NCBI GenBank assembly: GCA_010093605.1
Contig: MU004197.1
Span: forward strand, 1,364,001-1,428,000
Reading direction: 5' to 3'
Source: Lophium mytilinum
Lineage: Eukaryota
DNA length: 64,000 nucleotides
Shown: positions 59,514 to 64,000 of the stretch, in pieces
Layout: the number at the start of each line of letters is the position of its first letter
Position numbering within the stretch: position 1 is the first letter of the stretch
Made by a program: the position numbers and the translations under genes
Notes under the pieces: model-generated
Told to the model about the DNA's origin: nothing
The model's database searches: none
Seen by the model: the letters and a program-made list of their open reading frames with translations, nothing else

Positions 59514-62500
59514 ATGGCGGATTCAGCCGAACTTTTGAGCTCCGAGAGTCTTTACGAGAGGTTCAAGGACAAGTTGGCCACCGAGTGGAAACGTGAAGCA
59601 GCTTGCGGAGCTGAGTACGAAGGCAAACAGTTCTTTGTCGCCACTGAGAAACTGGCGGAATGGATGTTACGAAAAGACCCACACAGAAGCTCGCCCAACG
59701 CAGCCAAACTCCTCCTTGAAGCCTATCGTCGCAACCATCGAGAGACTTTCCAGCCTGAATTCTCAGTTCCGATATTCACCGGAGACAAGCGCTGCATTCT
59801 TGTCTTCAGCATACTCCTGACCCTGGATATAGGCGACTTAGTGGATATTTTCCAGAGAGCCAGGATCTATGACAAAAATCTCGCGTTTGCCCACAGATGT
59901 TACAAAGATCTCGAAGAGGAGCTGAAGATGAGGAACATCCAAGATGTGGCGCGAATCATCATCAAATTCGAGGAAGCGAAATGGTCCTACTGTCCTGCTC
60001 GAATCAGTATGGACATGGAGGAGAGATTTCATAGAGGAACGATACTACCATTTTGCAGACGTCAACGCGTCAATACCGAAGGCGGCACTGCAGAAGTTTA
60101 TCGAGTATCTCTACAAGAGGATCTTGTTCCGGATGAAATGAAGAAGATCATACGGCGTTCGAAGCACGTGGATAAAGACTACGGAGTCGTGAGTAAACCT
60201 GCTTGAGCTGAGCAACGCGCGGACAACTTTGCTGACCCCTCTTAGTGCTACAGACTCGCTTTAAAATCATTCAATTCTCGAAATCAAGCCTTTTACACCT
60301 GGGAAAAGAACGCGTTTCTCAGCATCCGGGAAAAAGAGGGAGTGGTTCAATACCTCGGCGATTTCTCCTGCGACGGCGGCCCAGCCTACGATCCAACGCC
60401 AAGGACATACAACATGTTGCTCGAATACGGAGATCAGGATCTCGATGGATACTTCGCCGATCAGGAATCATACCCCCCTGTGCGGACGACCGAAATCCTT
60501 GTCTTCTGGAAATCCTTGTTCAAAGTCGCAGATGCTATAAGCACAATCCAGACCCTTCCATCCCGCTACGAAGATGGCAGCGTCGAGCTTTATCATGGGT
60601 ATCTTCTCTCTGCATTGCATTTCATAAGCTTTTCTAACCATGTTATAGATGCCATGCGGACGCCAAGCCTGGTAATATATGGAGAGTCCATGGTGAATTC
60701 AAGTTAGCGGACTTTGGTTTCGCCAAGTTCAAGCGCAAAGGCAAGACCGTTCCCTCCTACGGTTGTGTTCTATCCATCGCGGCGACGTGGATTGTCCTTG
60801 GCTTTCAAGGCGTGCGCCAATTCGAGGCTGTTAGAATGCTGGCGTTAAAGAAGTTGAAGAGGCAGAACGCGAATGACCGATTAATCAGCACACCCACCGC
60901 GGACGATGCATTCTATGATGGTACGGACCCGCTGCCAGAGGTGCTTGAGTGGCACCAATATCTCCGAGGTCATCTCCGCATCTCAGACACGGTAACGCTA
61001 CGTGTGTTGAACCTCGTAGATGAAGCCATGCTTCTTGCCCTTCCTAATAGGCGCATATCATCTGAGAAGCTCTGTGAGAGACTTGGGAAGATTCTGGCCT
61101 TGTGTGACATCGACCGTGATAAGAGGAACCCCGCAATGGATCCTTCCAAGAACGTCTTAGAAGCGCTTCTGGAGTACGAAAAGAAAGCAGAGCAAACGAC
61201 TAATGCTCGCGGATTGGACTCTACCCGGACGCCGAGTAGCACCGATACGGGCAGTCAAGAATCCTCCCTGCTTATCTCGGGAGACCGGCATTACCGGAAA
61301 TCAAAGCGTGTTGGCAAAATTGAAAAATTGGACAACGTGCGACATGCACAAACAGCTGGCCGCGCGGAAATGCTGGAAGAAGAATTGAAGCCGGACTCTA
61401 AAGTACTAGCTCGCGACGATAGATCTACCCTTCCATCAAACGAAGCTCCCAGGCCGGAGCTAGGCACCGTCTATGAAAACGGTCATGGAGACCTTTCGCC
61501 TGACCAGACGAGGAAGCACGGAAAGAGCCGATACTCTGAACGCAGACGAAGCCCATTTTCACCGACGAGGCACCCTTTAGTGACTTTCGCCGAACCTGAA
61601 GAGAGCCAGCAACGAGCGTTGAAGGGGCCTAGGCCTGATACCCAGAGGGGCGGCTTCTGGGGAGGTCGCGGAGGGTCGGGCTTCGGAAGAGGCCGAAGTG
61701 GTACGGGAGGTAATAGAGGAGGTGGACCGTGGAGAGGCGGCGGTAGGGGTGGTCTTTCGACTGTGCACACTGCTAGTCATCCATTCGAGCAGGGCTTCTT
61801 TTACGATAGTCCACGGGAACACGACGAAGATATGTCTAGGCATACAAAATACCGGGGGCGAGAGCCTCTTCCGCGAAACCCTAACTTACTGCGAAACCTA
61901 TCGCAAAGTTCAAGGGCCGAATCTAGCGAGGATGAGACAGAGGCTCCTAGCGTGTCTGAGACCCATGCCAGACAATCAGAGCCCCATTCTCCAAAGATCT
62001 CGACTGTAAAAGTCAAGGTTTCCTCTCCTTCTACTATTCCAATTGAAGAGCCGAATGCAGCCCCAGGAAGCTCCCAGCGAAAGCTTCGGCAGGATGCCAT
62101 TGGGCTAGCGTTATCTAACGCGACGAGAAGCACTGTTGTAGATCCCGCTTCAATTTACACTAGCCAGCAGAAGTTCTTTCCGCCCACGGTACATCTGGAG
62201 GCAGTTGTTGAGAATCTTGGAGAACGAATTGATCAGAGCGCCAACCAGACGTTTCAGGCACAGACTGGTGCTGCCGAAAGTACTAACGAAGGGCATCTCA
62301 AGGTCAAAACGCTTCGGGAAGAATCTCCTCCGTCGATATCGCATGATGGTATTACTAGTAATCGGCCGCCGTTACTGCCTGACCGGAATGAGGTAGCGAT
62401 GGCCGCAGACATGAGCTATCTAGAATACGGCACATCTGCACCAATCTCTCACCCTGAGCAAGAAAATCTCGCAAACACAGACGAGGCCACTGATGGTACT

Positions 62501-64000
62501 TGTCAGGACACTGCCACTCCTGGGCCAATTCTATTTCCTTCAGCTTTAGCAACTAAGGTTAGCCCATCATTCGATATCTATCAGGTACGGCAAGAATTCG
62601 GCAAAGTCTGGCCAACTGGGATGGGTGCGAAGCTTCTTTCCTTTGCGGGATTGACCCCAACTAAGAAAGACGCCGTTCTCAAGGATTACATGAAAAACCG
62701 AAATATTGTGAGTTCGTCCACTTCAATCATCTTGTGCTAGCTAACAGCTGTGGGTAGAAATTCGTTGTAGACAACGCAACGACGATGCTCCCGTTCTGGG
62801 AAGTGGCAACCTTCGTGGCTGAGACGCTGGCGATGAAACTAGCAGGGTTGGACGATGATGGTCTGGACCTCATGTGCACTCTTGGTGATGTCAATTTGGA
62901 AAACGAGAAGGGCCTCCAGGCCCCGATCAACATCAGACACGCCATGGACCGCGCCCGACCTTCCAGCGACGGTAACGCGAAGACAGACATGCGAGAGACC
63001 CTAGAGGACATTTTTGAGGACTTTCTCGGGAACAGAAAGTTGGCGAAGGACCGGAAAATGACGTTGATCGTACTTACTGATGGTATCTGGAAAGGCCCGG
63101 TACCCCTGGAAAGCGTGGAGGCAAAAATCGAAGAGTTTGTGAAGCAGCTTAATACCTTGAAAGACCGCGCCTTCAGCATCCAGTTCATCCGGTTCGGCGA
63201 CGACGCAGAAGCGATCGAACGACTAAGACGGCTCGATGATGATCTGTCTAAGAAGCCTGACATGCGGTTAGCATTCCATCGACTTCTCTTCTTTCAAGGT
63301 ACTAATACGGAATCAGAGACATCATTGACACCGTCCCGTGGACAGGCAAAGTCCGTAGGATGATCATCGGAAGCTTCAATTCTGCGGAAAGTGCGGATAT
63401 GATGAATTCACAAGGCCAGTTGCATGCAGACCCAAATGAATCACCGGAAAGGACCAGTGCCAATATTGCGAGCCGTAGACCCCCATTGAAACTTTGGAAG
63501 ATGATGGGCATTGGCAAAGGCTCCGATAAGCGACGTAAAACTGCCGCGGGGCATCTGGATAAGACCCAGTCACTGCAAACAGACCCTTCCTCCACTGACG
63601 CCCCCAAGATTCACAACAATGCCAGTAGTCAGCCCTCAAATCCTAGAATGCCCCCCATCTCGCAAGTATCCCACGCGGCGACTTCCGCATTGCTACATGA
63701 ATCCGCGGAGCAAGAACAAAATCCGGTACCACCTCCGCGACCCTCGAGTAACGAAACCGGTAATTTACCGATGCAAGAGCTCGCGAGCAAGCCTCGTATG
63801 GCCGACCACATGATGGAAGACGGCGCGCATCCACAAAATTCAGCTTCTGAATCTTTACAAGATCCAGAAAACTACACTTCATCCACGGAGATCATCGTTG
63901 ATACCCCACAAGATCTAGAATCCTACACTTCATCCACGGAGATCATCGTTGATACCTCACAAGATACAGAAATCTACACTTCATCCACGGAGATCATCAT
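59514..64000 (+). CDS. Protein kinase-like domain + RGG tract + vWA domain protein (3' end outside window)
   Basis: Kinase motifs GGTAEVY, LALK, LLEY, HADAKPGN and LADFG. vWA motifs VDNATTM, LIVLTDG and IQFIRFG. The last exon stays open to the window end. Confidence 0.88.
63855..64000 (+). repeat. 51-bp coding tandem repeat (17 aa, QDxExYTSSTEIIVDTx), at least 3 copies
   Basis: ACAAGAT at 63857, 63908 and 63959. CTACACTTCATCCACGGAGATCATC is identical in all three copies. Confidence 0.9.

Noticed and set aside
1..64000. Starship or other giant transposon captain gene
   Set aside because: No DUF3435 tyrosine recombinase, transposase or reverse transcriptase motifs were recognised in the window.

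Overview
Eukaryotic DNA from a filamentous ascomycete, judged from short GT-AG introns with CTAAC/CTGAC-type branch sites, RIP-type TpA-rich blocks and fungal gene families. Bases 1-11.1 kb are an unusual repeat-rich block. Several diverged tandem arrays (about 151, 201, 161 and 108 bp units, partly RIP-mutated) lie on one side of a lone F-box gene, and a roughly 150-bp array carrying GC-rich hairpins lies on the other. From 12 to 20 kb come a conserved F-box gene, small orphan ORFs, a decayed ORF and a tandem array of four paralogous small single-pass membrane proteins with a shared cytoplasmic motif. From 21 to 45 kb are metabolic and signalling genes: CYP7-like P450, indoleamine 2,3-dioxygenase, hybrid histidine kinase, SDR, a Dal5-like MFS with an in-frame stop, 2OG-Fe(II) oxygenase, histidine phosphatase, LtrA-like protein, peroxisomal acyl-CoA ligase and a Baeyer-Villiger monooxygenase. 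From 47 to 64 kb are a Cys-rich type I membrane protein, two large, distantly paralogous coiled-coil orphans, repeat relics, and a kinase-RGG-vWA gene that appears to lack its activation segment and runs off the window. Exon boundaries and repeat periods were read by eye and no database searches were run.
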